The notes under the pieces: generated by a model | What the model was told of the DNA's origin: nothing | The model's database searches: none | Seen by the model: the letters and a program-made list of their open reading frames with translations, nothing else | Translations under genes and position numbers: made by a program | Shown here: positions 19,024 to 29,076 of the stretch, in pieces | Numbering within the stretch: the stretch's first letter is position 1 | How the letters are laid out: each line of letters starts with the position of its first letter | NCBI GenBank assembly: GCA_003247575.1 | Contig: QJZC01000025.1 | Location: forward strand, 6,498 to 70,497 | DNA from: Pseudomonadota bacterium | GTDB taxonomy: Bacteria > Myxococcota_A > UBA9160 > SZUA-336 | Length of the DNA: 64,000 nt | Reading direction: 5' to 3'

Positions 19024-19368
19024 GTGACGCGACAGACCACGACTCTGCCCATCCCGGTTCGTCGGGCACTTCGCAAGCTCGGCCAGGACATTCGCGACGC
19101 GCGGCGCCGGCGCCGCATTCCCGTCGCCCTGATGGCCGAGCGCGCTTCGATCAGCCGCACCACACTGAACAAGGTCGAGAAGGGCGAGGCAGGTGTCTCG
19201 CTCGGCGTCTACGCGCGTGTCCTCTTCGTACTCGGCATGGAGGGACGCATCGGGGACCTCGTGGACGTTCGATCGGACACCATCGGTCTGGGACTCGAGG
19301 AGGAACGACTCCCACAGCGAATCCGCGGGTCGCGCGGCTCGCGCAAGGCCCAACGGGACTCCGGCTGA
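19024..19368 (+). CDS. hipB: HipB-like XRE HTH antitoxin
   Basis: 'RRRRIPVALMAERASISRTTLNKVEKGE' HTH. Its stop overlaps the hipA start. An AT-rich region with ATAT-N10-ATAT lies upstream. Confidence 0.75.
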   Translation: MTRQTTTLPIPVRRALRKLGQDIRDARRRRRIPVALMAERASISRTTLNKVEKGEAGVSLGVYARVLFVLGMEGRIGDLVDVRSDTIGLGLEEERLPQRIRGSRGSRKAQRDSG

Positions 19369-20624
19369 TGGACCGCGGCGTGTGGGTCTATGTCGATCTC
19401 GAGCAAGAGACGAGGCTGGCGGGCCGTCTCTGGACTCGTTCGCGCAGAGGTCAAGAGAGCGCGAGCTTCGAGTACGATCGGCACTGGCTGGCCGATTCGC
19501 AGACGCGCTTCGCCCTCGAGCCGGCCCTCGCGCTGGATCCGGGTCCATTCCACACGCCGGGTGACCGGTCGATGTTCGGAGCGATCGGAGATTCCGCCCC
19601 GGATCGCTGGGGACGGGCATTGATGCGGCGCGCAGAGCGTCGCCGTGCGGCGCTCGCCGGAGAGGCCCCACGGGCCCTCTCCGAGGTTGACTACGTACTT
19701 CGCGTCAGCGATTTCGCGCGCCAGGGGGCGCTGCGCTTCGCGCTCGAGCAGGGCGGCGGCTTCATAGCGTCCAATGAGGAGCAACCCATTCCACCGTTGA
19801 TCGCACTTCCGCGGCTGTTGGCTGCGGCCGATCACGTGGCCGACGACTCCGATGACGACGAGGATCTTCGGATGCTCTTGGCTCCGGGCTCGTCGCTCGG
19901 CGGTGCTCGCCCCAAGGCCTCAGTCATCGATCGCGAGGGGAGACTATGCATTGCAAAGTTTCCCCATCGGAGCGACGAGCTCGACACCGTCCGGTGGGAG
20001 GCTGTCGCACTGCAGCTTGCCGAGCGCGCGGGAATCGCCGTCGCGACCTTCCGACTCGAGGCGGTGGCTGAGCGCCCGGTACTTCTACTACAGCGATTCG
20101 ATCGTGACGATGCCAAGCGCGTTCCCTTTCTATCTGCGATGAGCATGCTCGGGGCAAGCGATGGTGAGGTTCACTCCTATCTCGAACTGGTCGACGCGCT
20201 GCGCCGGTACGGGGCGGCGCCCGAGGCGGACATGCGCGCGCTCTGGCGGCGGATCGTGTTCAGCGTGCTGATCTCGAACACGGACGACCATTTGCGTAAT
20301 CACGGGTTCTTGTATCGATCTCCTTCGGGATGGCGGCTCTCTCCGGCCTACGACTTGAACCCCGTACCGACCGACATCAAACCCCGGTTGCTCTCCACTG
20401 CCATCGATCTCGACGACACGACCGCTTCGCTGGAACTGGCGTACGAGGTCGCGCCTTACTTCGAGCTCGATGGGAAGAGTGCAGAAGCAATCGTTCGGGA
20501 GGTGGGTCGCGTCGTGGCAGACTGGAGAGCGACCGCGGTTCGGCTCGGGCTTTCTCGCAGCGAGATCGACCGCATCGCCTCGGCCTTCGAACACGAAGAC
20601 CTGGAGGCGACGCGTCGCACGTGA
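19368..20624 (+). CDS. hipA: HipA-family Ser/Thr kinase toxin
   Basis: HipA_N/C organisation. Catalytic 'SNTDDHLRNHGFLY' and 'SLGGARPKASV' motifs. Confidence 0.85.
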   Translation: MDRGVWVYVDLEQETRLAGRLWTRSRRGQESASFEYDRHWLADSQTRFALEPALALDPGPFHTPGDRSMFGAIGDSAPDRWGRALMRRAERRRAALAGEAPRALSEVDYVLRVSDFARQGALRFALEQGGGFIASNEEQPIPPLIALPRLLAAADHVADDSDDDEDLRMLLAPGSSLGGARPKASVIDREGRLCIAKFPHRSDELDTVRWEAVALQLAERAGIAVATFRLEAVAERPVLLLQRFDRDDAKRVPFLSAMSMLGASDGEVHSYLELVDALRRYGAAPEADMRALWRRIVFSVLISNTDDHLRNHGFLYRSPSGWRLSPAYDLNPVPTDIKPRLLSTAIDLDDTTASLELAYEVAPYFELDGKSAEAIVREVGRVVADWRATAVRLGLSRSEIDRIASAFEHEDLEATRRT

Positions 20625-20675
20625 GGCATGTGCGTTGATGCGATCTGGCAGACGGGCAGCGTGCGGCGATGCATG

Positions 20676-21694
20676 TCAGCGTGCTGAAGACGTCGGCCAG
20701 ACCCGACCGGGCAGAAGACTCTGCAAGTCGGCGCGAGGATCCCGCCCGAGCTCGATGTAGCGCTCCATCTCGAGCGATTCGGTCCACTCCGCGTCGTGGC
20801 TCACGACGACCAGTCCCCCCTTCCACGCGCGCAGTATGCGTGACAGGGCGGCGCTGCCGACGAAGTCGAGCGGATCGGCAGGCTCGTCGAGAACGAGCAG
20901 CTCGGGCGGGGTGGCTCGCTGGGACAGCTCGATGAGAGCGGCCCGCACGCGCTCACCCGGAATCAGCGAAGCGAGAGGTCGCACCGCGAGGGCGAATGGA
21001 AATCTGTGCGCCTGCAGGATCTCGGCGATGCGCTCGAGGCTCTCGGTTCGGCGCCCTTGCGCGCTCGGCTCCCGAACCCCGCAATGATTTCGACCAACGT
21101 GGTCTTGCCGGCGCCATTCGGTCCTGTGACCGCGACGCGGCTGCGACCGATCTCCAGGTCGAGATCCTCGAAGAGCACCCGATCGCCCGCGCGAGCCATC
21201 ACGCCCAGCATGCGAACGGTAGCCGAGCGAACCGCAGCTTTCGGCTCCGGAAGCGCGACCTCGAGCGGAAGATCGACGCGGAGTGCGCGCCGCTCGTGGA
21301 GCCGCCCCAGATTCTTCTTGCGCAACCTACGCTCTGCGACGCGCGCAGCCTGTCTCTCCTTGGCCTCTAGACGCGTCAGGCTTCGGGTGTAAGCCAACTG
21401 CTGGGCGGCATCCTGCTGCTCGAGATGGAACAGAAGCTGGTCGAAGCTTCCTGAGAAGCCGGCGCATCCACTTTCGGATACGACCCCGAACTGCGAGAAC
21501 GTCCGGGCGATGGACCGCATGTGCGACACCACGCCGGCGAGCACCGCCAGCAGGGACGACTTGCCGACTCCGTTTCTTCCGACGAGGAGGACTCGCTCTC
21601 TGCCCATACGAAGGTCTAGATCCGTCATCAGCGGTCTTCCGTCGGGGGTCTCGATACAAACCGCCTCTGCCCTGAGCAGAACTGTGTCCGTCAT
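20676..21694 (-). pseudogene. Degraded ABC-F-type ATPase (tandem NBDs with internal deletion and frameshift)
   Basis: NBD1 Walker A 'GRNGVGKSSL' is followed after only ~50 aa by an ABC-F-like linker 'RLEAKERQAARVAERRLRKK' and the NBD2 Walker A 'GPNGAGKTTLVE'. NBD2 then goes out of frame. The signature 'LIPGERVRAAL', Walker B 'LLVLDEP' and 'VVVSHD' are in the separate ORF 20676..20984. Confidence 0.5.
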
Positions 21695-21706
21695 GCGACC
21701 ACCCTT

Positions 21707-23083
21707 CTACCGCTGCCGCTTTCGCGTGGAACGTGCGATCTGATCCACCGTTCGCTTCGGGCCTGCAATCACGAACTGCGTCCCGTGAGGGGTCGCGCGA
21801 GTGCACCGTACCCGGCAACTTCGGTAGATCTGCTGGACGATCGCGCCATGGCCATAGGGGACGAAGACCTCGCGCTCCTTGTGGTCGGAACGCGCGAACT
21901 CCAACATCCGCTCCCGAAGCTCGGAAACGGCAGCCGCATCCCGGGCCGAGAGCGACACGAATGGGTGCCCGGATACGAGCTCGGACAGCTGATTCCGCTG
22001 CGGGGGTGAGACGCAGAGGTCCAGCTTGTTAAAGACCACCAAGCGAGGGATCTCGCTGGCGCCGAGTCTTGCGAGTAGCTGCTCCGTGATCGCGATGTGG
22101 GTCTCGAGCTCGGGGTCCGAGCTGTCGAGCACCCACACGAGCAGAGAAGCCTCGCATAGTTCCGCCAAGGTGGACTCGAAGCTGGCCAGTAGCCGCTCGG
22201 GAAGCCGACGGATGAATCCGACCGTGTCGCTCAGCAGGATATCCCCTCCGTGCCGCGTCAGGCAGCGCGACGTGGTATCGAGGGTCTCGAAGGGTCGATC
22301 ACGTGCGGATAGGCCGGCGCTTGTCAGCGCGTTCATGAGCGAGGTCTTCCCCGCGTTGGTATACCCGATCAACGCGATTCGCGCGCAGTTACCCCGCTTG
22401 TGTCGTTCGGTCGCCTGGCTACGCGCCAGCTGACCGAGAGTCCTCCGCAGGTCGGCCAGCCGCCCATCGAGCCGCCGCGCGAACAGCTCGGATGCCGTCT
22501 CGCCAGGCCCCCGGCTGCCGACCACGCCTCCGGCCTGCTGATCCATGTTCAGGCCGATTCCCCGAATGCGCGGACGCAGGTACTCGAGATGCGCGATCTC
22601 TACCTGGACTCGGGCGCGGCGAGTCGTCGCGTGGCGCTCGAACACGTTCAGAATGACCGCCTCGCGATCGAAGATCGGTAGGCCGGTAGCATGCTCCAGG
22701 TTTCGAGCCTGTGAGGGGGAAATCTCGGCATCGATCACCAACATCTCTGCACCACAGGCGCGCGCAGCCCCCCCGATCCGGTCTGCGACGCCCGACCGAA
22801 GCAAGGTGCGCGGATCTGGACTCGTCAGCAAGTACGCCTCCTCGCCGCATACCGAGTCGCCCTGGGCCTCTACCAAGCCCCGAAGTTCCGCGAGCTGCGA
22901 TCCTGCATCCCCGGGATCATGGGGACGCTGGATCGACAACAGGTAGCAGCGGTGGCCCGGATTTGACGAGTCGGGGGACCCCACGCGCGGACGTGTCCAG
23001 TTCGAAACGATTTGCTCGAGCTGGCCGTGGTCCGCGAGCGGCACCTCGTCGTGCTCTTCAATGGGTTGAGAATGAAACTTCAT
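21707..23083 (-). CDS. hflX: GTPase HflX
   Basis: HflX N-domain plus G-domain ('IALIGYTNAGKTSLMNALT', 'DTVGFI', 'NKLD'). Confidence 0.85.
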   Translation of the reverse strand: MKFHSQPIEEHDEVPLADHGQLEQIVSNWTRPRVGSPDSSNPGHRCYLLSIQRPHDPGDAGSQLAELRGLVEAQGDSVCGEEAYLLTSPDPRTLLRSGVADRIGGAARACGAEMLVIDAEISPSQARNLEHATGLPIFDREAVILNVFERHATTRRARVQVEIAHLEYLRPRIRGIGLNMDQQAGGVVGSRGPGETASELFARRLDGRLADLRRTLGQLARSQATERHKRGNCARIALIGYTNAGKTSLMNALTSAGLSARDRPFETLDTTSRCLTRHGGDILLSDTVGFIRRLPERLLASFESTLAELCEASLLVWVLDSSDPELETHIAITEQLLARLGASEIPRLVVFNKLDLCVSPPQRNQLSELVSGHPFVSLSARDAAAVSELRERMLEFARSDHKEREVFVPYGHGAIVQQIYRSCRVRCTRATPHGTQFVIAGPKRTVDQIARSTRKRQR

Positions 23084-23512
23084 GCTATGGCTCCAAGCGA
23101 TGAGGGCTTTGCGCGGAGGGATTGCAGCCGTCCAAGACGAGATGCGTGCGTACGGCACCGAAGCTTCGCGCTTCGCGGCGGCCGCAGAACCTCTCGCTGC
23201 ACATACACGAATCGCTGTACACAACCGCGTGCGTCGGAGCGAAGTTACCGCTCAGGCGCAGAACTCTGGTCAGGGCTCGCCTGCGGTTCTCAGACGAACT
23301 CGGTTGCCCTGGGTCCGAACGAGTACTCTAGGCGCGCCGTGGCTCAGACACGCGGTGCCGCGGGGCGGCTTCGGCGGGCAGGCTTCGCGACCTCATCGGG
23401 CCGGAACCAACACCAAAACTAAAGCCGAAGCTGAGACTGACTACTGGAAACTTGGAGTCCACATAGTGCGACTCACTATAGCGCGACTCGTCGTCGCGGC
23501 AACACCGGATAG

Positions 23513-25366
23513 CTACGGAAGGCAACTTGCTTCGGTTCGAGTGCGCACCGCCCCGCTCCACGCGCCATCTGGACCCAGGGTGTAGGGGAGCTGAATCGTA
23601 AAGCTGCTTCCTTGGCCCAGCTCGCTGTCGAGAGTCAGGCTGCCGCCGAGCGCCTCGACGGTTCGCCGAGAGAGGGCGAGCCCGAGACCGTTTCCGCCGT
23701 ACCTTCGAGCCTTGGAGGAGTCTCCTTGCTGGAACGGATCGAACAGGCGGGTTTGCTCCTCCGGGGGGATACCGGGCCCGGAGTCTGTGACGCGAATCGA
23801 GACCCATAGGTTCCGACCTGTCTGGCGTCCACTCATACCCACGTGCACGCCGCCAGCAGGCGTGAACTTGAGGGCGTTTTCGAGGAGGCAGCGAAGCGCT
23901 CGAGCCGTGCGGGCACGATCGCCGATCACCTGAGGCGGAACGGGTGACTCCGAGGTCAGACTGAGCGACAGGCCGTTGGCCGTCGCTCGCGGCCGTTCCG
24001 ATTCCACGAGCTCTTCTACCATCTGCAGTAGGCTGAAGGAGTGAGTCTCCGGATTGACTTGGCCGGATTCCAGCTCACTGATCTCGAGCACATCCTCGAT
24101 GACACGTCCTAGGGTCTCCGCATTCTGAGCGATCGCCTGGAGAGGTGCGACTCGATCGTCGGCGCACCCTGCAGCACGCCAGCTGCGCTCTATGCCGCTG
24201 GCTGCTGCGCGAATCGAAGTGACCCGAGTCTGGAGCTCGCCCCCCAAGCTGGCCACGATCGCATGCCTCGCCCGGTCGATAGCGCTGGACTGTTCCTGTG
24301 CCTGTATGAGCCACGAGTCCGCTGCGGCAAGGGTCTGGATCGCTTCGCGCTGCGCGTGCGCGTAGGGTAGCAGGAGAGACAACATCTCGACGCAGAGGAG
24401 CGACGCCGAGACGATATGTGCGGTGGCGACTCGTTCCGGGAGAAGGTGATTCGGGATATCGATTCCGGCCTGCGAGCACGCAAAGAACCCGGCCAACACC
24501 GCAAACATGGCGCCGCCCCATGCAAGCGCCGGTCTCTGTCCAACCAAGGCAACCGCAACCATCGGGATAGGGGCAACCCAGAACGCCGCCGGCGACCCGA
24601 CGCCTCCAGAGAAGAAGGTCACGAGCCCGATCTGGAGACTGAGCGCGGCGAGCAGCAGATGGCCCGCCAGCGAAGCCGACCCGGTTCTGCGATAGATCAG
24701 AATGATCGCGACCTCTACGGGAACGATGGCTGCCAGAAGCCCCACCACAACACCTACGAGATGAGATGGGAACACCCACCAGAGCAGGAGCGCCTGAAGC
24801 AGTGTCTGTGGTAGCCCCAGCGCGGCGACGGACAAGAGCAGGCTGAGTCGTCGCAGAACCCCAGGGTCCTGCGACTGCCCGGGAGGCGTCGCGAACTGGA
24901 GGAGTTGCTTCCAGAGGCGCCGAGCCACAGGCTCTGATCGGGAAGCCGCTTCTTCCGGCTCGTCCGAATCTGGCTCGTGTTGAGCCCACGCTGCCGCGTG
25001 CCTGGCCACCAGTTCGACCAAGGTCCGTTTGTCGATGGGCTTGGTGACATAGTCGTCGAATCCCGAGCGCAGACAGAACTCGCGATCGGTAGAGAGCGTG
25101 TTGGCCGTGAATGCCAGGACTGGCGCCTGAAAACCGCGCTCGCGAAGTACTCGCGCGACCTCGTAGCCATCCATCTCTGGCATCTGAATATCGAGCAGTA
25201 CGACCTGGAAGGGCTCGCCAGCAGCCTCGGCCTTGAATGCAGCGTCGATCCCGGAAGGACCCGAGGGGCAGCACGTGACGACGGCACCAGCGCGGTCCAG
25301 AAAGTGCCGGACCAGGCGGAGGTTCGCCGGAGTGTCATCGATCACCAGCACACGGCACCCGACCAC
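23513..25366 (-). CDS. Hybrid sensor: N-terminal receiver (REC), multi-TM region, HisKA + HATPase_c histidine kinase
   Basis: REC 'VLVIDDTPANLRL...LLDIQMPEMDGYEV'. ~6 TM helices. H-box region and 'GGNGLGLALS' G2 box. Confidence 0.8.
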   Translation of the reverse strand: MVGCRVLVIDDTPANLRLVRHFLDRAGAVVTCCPSGPSGIDAAFKAEAAGEPFQVVLLDIQMPEMDGYEVARVLRERGFQAPVLAFTANTLSTDREFCLRSGFDDYVTKPIDKRTLVELVARHAAAWAQHEPDSDEPEEAASRSEPVARRLWKQLLQFATPPGQSQDPGVLRRLSLLLSVAALGLPQTLLQALLLWWVFPSHLVGVVVGLLAAIVPVEVAIILIYRRTGSASLAGHLLLAALSLQIGLVTFFSGGVGSPAAFWVAPIPMVAVALVGQRPALAWGGAMFAVLAGFFACSQAGIDIPNHLLPERVATAHIVSASLLCVEMLSLLLPYAHAQREAIQTLAAADSWLIQAQEQSSAIDRARHAIVASLGGELQTRVTSIRAAASGIERSWRAAGCADDRVAPLQAIAQNAETLGRVIEDVLEISELESGQVNPETHSFSLLQMVEELVESERPRATANGLSLSLTSESPVPPQVIGDRARTARALRCLLENALKFTPAGGVHVGMSGRQTGRNLWVSIRVTDSGPGIPPEEQTRLFDPFQQGDSSKARRYGGNGLGLALSRRTVEALGGSLTLDSELGQGSSFTIQLPYTLGPDGAWSGAVRTRTEASCLP

Positions 25367-25417
25367 CCCCGAGTCTGCAGGTGGTTCCTCGGGCCGGGGC
25401 GGTGGTGTCGGCGCCGT

Positions 25418-26338
25418 CTAACTCCCAGCGTCTCCGAGAGCGCGATCGAGAGTGCCGAGGAACAGCTGCCCGTCGGCCTGCATCCGATCGATCTCGGCGC
25501 GGGACGAGGCTAGCGATGGATCGCCGTCAGCCTGCTCTCGTGCGATCTCCGTGAAACCCAGGATTGCGGTCAGAGGGGTTCGGAGCTCGTGGTTCAGATT
25601 GGCCACCAGCAGGGTGCGCTCGCGATCTGCAGCTTGCGCGCTGTCGCGCTTGGCTCGAAGCAGGTCGCTGACATGACTCAGTGTGAGAAAGGCTTGAATT
25701 CGGCTTCGATCGAAGCTGATGACTTGCAGGAGCATCAGCCCCGTCAGCATGACAGTGCTGAAAAGCCACAGACGGGAACGTTCGGCCGAGGTTCCAAGAG
25801 TCGGGAACGCGAAACCTAGTTGCTCCGCAGCCCAGAAGCCCCCAAGCACCGCAATCGAGACTCCGCCCCACAATGCGGCCCGGCGCTGTCCACCCGAGAT
25901 CAATGCCGCCAATGGAAGACTGATCAGCCAGAAAAGAGAGGACGCGACCGGCCCACCAAGCGCATAGGCCGAGCCGGAGAACAGGCCGGCGAAGTACAGC
26001 AGGACCAGCTGAATCGGGACCCGCATCCGCCCGGTCTTCTTGCCGATCCATAGGGTCGTGAAGATCAGAGCGGCACCCCCCGCATAGCCGGCGCGCAGCC
26101 CAAGCCCCAGATCTCCGCCAAAGGGCTGCAGCAGTGCGTGAAGCGAACACAATGAGAGCGCCATGAGACCAAGCTGCACAGTCGTGCGATGCTGGTCCGT
26201 GCGGGCCGAGTCGTCGCAGTCGGCGGGCATGAGCCCATCGGTCAACCAGCCAAGCCACTCGGTCAACTTGCCGAGAGACAGGGCGGCGATGCGTCGAGCA
26301 GCCGTCGATGATCGATGATCTATGGATCGCTCATCCAT
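25418..26338 (-). CDS. Membrane sensor with HisKA phosphoacceptor domain but no ATPase domain
   Basis: Several TM helices followed by the H-box 'LNHELRTPLTAILGFTEI'. The ORF ends ~45 aa later with no N/G1/G2 boxes. Confidence 0.6.
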   Translation of the reverse strand: MDERSIDHRSSTAARRIAALSLGKLTEWLGWLTDGLMPADCDDSARTDQHRTTVQLGLMALSLCSLHALLQPFGGDLGLGLRAGYAGGAALIFTTLWIGKKTGRMRVPIQLVLLYFAGLFSGSAYALGGPVASSLFWLISLPLAALISGGQRRAALWGGVSIAVLGGFWAAEQLGFAFPTLGTSAERSRLWLFSTVMLTGLMLLQVISFDRSRIQAFLTLSHVSDLLRAKRDSAQAADRERTLLVANLNHELRTPLTAILGFTEIAREQADGDPSLASSRAEIDRMQADGQLFLGTLDRALGDAGS

Positions 26339-26447
26339 GGACGCTCCGCATCGCGGAATCTCCTTGCCAGAATGGCTCCTTCCCCCTACCGCTGCCTATC
26401 ATCGGCAGGACGGTTCCGGATCTGGTGTGGGAGACCTCGCGAGGCGA

Positions 26448-27647
26448 TCACGCCGAGGAAACGCAGACCGCAGAGAATCCTCCTCCCGGCGTCCGCATCG
26501 TCGTCACTTGACCTTGGTACACACGGGCTCCAAGCATCAGGACCCGGTCGCGGTAAACATACGCCCGCACATCGAACTTCATCCGCTGCGTTCCGCGCTC
26601 AGTGCGCACTTCCACGGCACCGGGCTCCACCCGTTCCTGCGCGACGTAATCCGAACGCGCATGAACTTCCTCGAGCTTGCGCCGAGTGATCTTGTCGCCG
26701 CGATAGACTGCGCGACTGCCGAACGCTGCTGCAGGCTTGAAAACCCAGCGTTTCCTTTCCTGCCACGCACGCGAGAGCTCCAGATCCTGCAGCCGGAGGG
26801 TACGCGGCACTACTCGCCCGAGGAGCGCCTGCTCCTCCTCGGTGGCGCCCAGAGAACGCAGCAACCGTGGGTCCGAAAACGCAACCAAGCGTCGCTTGTC
26901 GGCCAACCGCAGATACTCGCGGGGAGATGGCGTGACGACCACCCGATTGGCGAACCATGCGCGGCGCAGAACCCGCGCGCGCGGGGTTTGAAGCAAGAAG
27001 TCGGTGTCCCGCAGATAGACGAGGTCCAGTGGCAGGCCGGGCCGCTCGGGACTCGCCACCCCACCATCAGGCAACTCGACCAACCGCTTCGTATCGATGA
27101 CCTCACTCTCGATGCCGAAGCGCCGAAACAGGTCGCAGTAGAGCTCGAACTCTCCGCGCAGAAACTGAGACTCTGGCGCATCATCGACGAGTGCAACATT
27201 CCGCAAAGGGCGCTCGGCACACACGGAGCGGAACTCTTCGCGAAAGCTTTCGACGATCCGTTCCTCGAGACGCTCGAGCGGCATCCAATCGCGGCACAGG
27301 CACTCCCGTGCCGATACTCCAACCAGGCGATCGGTATGGCGCGCGTTGATCAGCGCCCCTCCGGCGTTCGTATTGATCTCGATCAAGTGCGCCTGGCCTT
27401 CGCTGATGTGGAAGTCGTAGCCCATCATCACCGCCGCATTTCGGACGTTGCGCGCCTCGATCTCCGGGTCGCCAGCCTCTTCGCCCAGGCTGGGAAAAGC
27501 AGGCAGGTGAGCGATTCGATACAACGCACGAACGGTCGCCGCGATCTGCTCGACCACGCCGCCATCGAGAACGACGACGGATGCCGCAAGAGGCAGCTGG
27601 GCCCAAGAACCATCGGAGGCGCTCGGATGGGGCATACTCGAGAGCAT
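26448..27647 (-). CDS. Circularly permuted ATP-grasp family protein
   Basis: The ATP-grasp C-terminal motif 'YDFHISEGQAHLIEINTNAGGALI' is at the N-terminus. The N-terminal/central motif 'RWVFKPAAAFGSRAVYRGD...AQERVEP' is at the C-terminus. The overlapping + ORF 26322..27776 is Arg-rich junk. Confidence 0.6.
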   Translation of the reverse strand: MLSSMPHPSASDGSWAQLPLAASVVVLDGGVVEQIAATVRALYRIAHLPAFPSLGEEAGDPEIEARNVRNAAVMMGYDFHISEGQAHLIEINTNAGGALINARHTDRLVGVSARECLCRDWMPLERLEERIVESFREEFRSVCAERPLRNVALVDDAPESQFLRGEFELYCDLFRRFGIESEVIDTKRLVELPDGGVASPERPGLPLDLVYLRDTDFLLQTPRARVLRRAWFANRVVVTPSPREYLRLADKRRLVAFSDPRLLRSLGATEEEQALLGRVVPRTLRLQDLELSRAWQERKRWVFKPAAAFGSRAVYRGDKITRRKLEEVHARSDYVAQERVEPGAVEVRTERGTQRMKFDVRAYVYRDRVLMLGARVYQGQVTTMRTPGGGFSAVCVSSA

Positions 27648-27753
27648 GCCACCTCGCGTTCCAGCCCACCACTCTGGGCCCTGATCGAGAACCGGCCGAG
27701 CCGGCGAATCGAGCCGCCTTGGAATGGAACAGCGTACCCGATCTCACATCGCA

Positions 27754-29076
27754 TCATCGGTCGAAGCGGAGACTGAGCTCGGCGGGGAGTAGAGGGCAGA
27801 TCCCCGCTTCCGAGCGCCGCCTGCCTCGCGCGATGAGATCGTACACATGATCCCGTAGCCTTCGTGGCAGCCCCTTGGCGACGAGCGCACTCAGGCGCCA
27901 GACTCCGCCGAGAACTCCCAGCAGATACAGCAAGGCTTCGGATCGCGTCAGCACGGTCCCTTCTGCCGTCTGAACGACCAAGCTATCGGGCAGACTCGAA
28001 CGCACGGACTCCGGCAGGCAACTCTGAAACGTGTCTCCCCGAAGGGGTGCGAATCGGAGCCGCCCGGCGACTGCGTCCTCGGAGAGCAAGAATCGAACGA
28101 TCCCCTGGCACATCCCGCAGTCCGCATCGAAGTAGACCCGATCCAGCTCGCACCACGTGCGCGCGCCTCTCAGTCCGTCTCCCAGCGGAGTACTGCCGGC
28201 CCAAACGCCTCGGGTCCCGGGAATCCAGGCAGGATCGAAGGTGAACGCGTGTAGCATGACCATTCCCAGTGTGAGATCAGCGAAGTCGAGCACCACCAGC
28301 AGCCCGAGATGCATCGCAAGCAACCCCAGCCAGAGCCAGCGCCGAATCTGCGGGAACAGGGCGAGCGGCGCGGCGAAGAGCTCGAGTGCGAGCGCCGCGT
28401 AGCTCGCGAGACAGAGCATCGAGTCCGGCAAAGCGAGCAGGGCTTCGCGCAGCCACGATGGACGCGCAAGTGGGTTCGCCAGGACCTCTGCCAGCGCTGA
28501 TCCGTCGCCCCATGAGGGGCTGATCAGCTTCATGTAGCCGCTGTACGAGTATCCGACGACCATGACGATCCAGGCCGCAGCGTGGATTCCCGCCGGCATC
28601 GACCAGGCATGAATCGGTTTGCCGCGCCCATCCCAGGAACCCAACGGCTCGCGCGGCAGGGCGATGTGGGCCAGCAGCAGCCACCCTACGTAGGGAAGCG
28701 AAGGATTCGAGATCAAAGGATTCCGCGCGAAGAGACACGCGAGCACATACCAGATCACCGCCGCTGCAGTCCGGTCCCAGAAGCCGAAAGCAAAGGCGAC
28801 GGCCGCTCCGGCCGATCCCATCAGAACCAGTTCGACACCCACCGCAGAACCGATCCAACCGATCGCGTTGGGCAACACTCCATAGAGAGGACTTGCCGCC
28901 GGTTCGGGCAACATGCCTGCCGAAGAGAAGAGCTCTGCGCCATAGGGAACGAGGGCCGCGAAGTGAACAGCCAGGTAGGCTCCAAACAGCATCCTGAACA
29001 GACTGTACTGGCCTCCGGTCCAGCCGTTACGCGTTCGCCCCCACGCTTCGATACGTTCGACTCCGGTCATGAGCAC
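27754..29076 (-). CDS. HTTM-domain (gamma-carboxylase-like) membrane protein fused to DCC-type thiol-disulfide oxidoreductase (DUF393)
   Basis: N-terminal multi-TM HTTM-like region. C-terminal 'VYFDADCGMCQGIVRFLL' CxxC motif of DUF393/DCC. Confidence 0.6.
   Translation of the reverse strand: MLMTGVERIEAWGRTRNGWTGGQYSLFRMLFGAYLAVHFAALVPYGAELFSSAGMLPEPAASPLYGVLPNAIGWIGSAVGVELVLMGSAGAAVAFAFGFWDRTAAAVIWYVLACLFARNPLISNPSLPYVGWLLLAHIALPREPLGSWDGRGKPIHAWSMPAGIHAAAWIVMVVGYSYSGYMKLISPSWGDGSALAEVLANPLARPSWLREALLALPDSMLCLASYAALALELFAAPLALFPQIRRWLWLGLLAMHLGLLVVLDFADLTLGMVMLHAFTFDPAWIPGTRGVWAGSTPLGDGLRGARTWCELDRVYFDADCGMCQGIVRFLLSEDAVAGRLRFAPLRGDTFQSCLPESVRSSLPDSLVVQTAEGTVLTRSEALLYLLGVLGGVWRLSALVAKGLPRRLRDHVYDLIARGRRRSEAGICPLLPAELSLRFDR

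Noticed and set aside
26322-27776. 484-aa + ORF
   Set aside because: Arg/His-rich nonsense. The opposite strand encodes a clear circularly permuted ATP-grasp protein.
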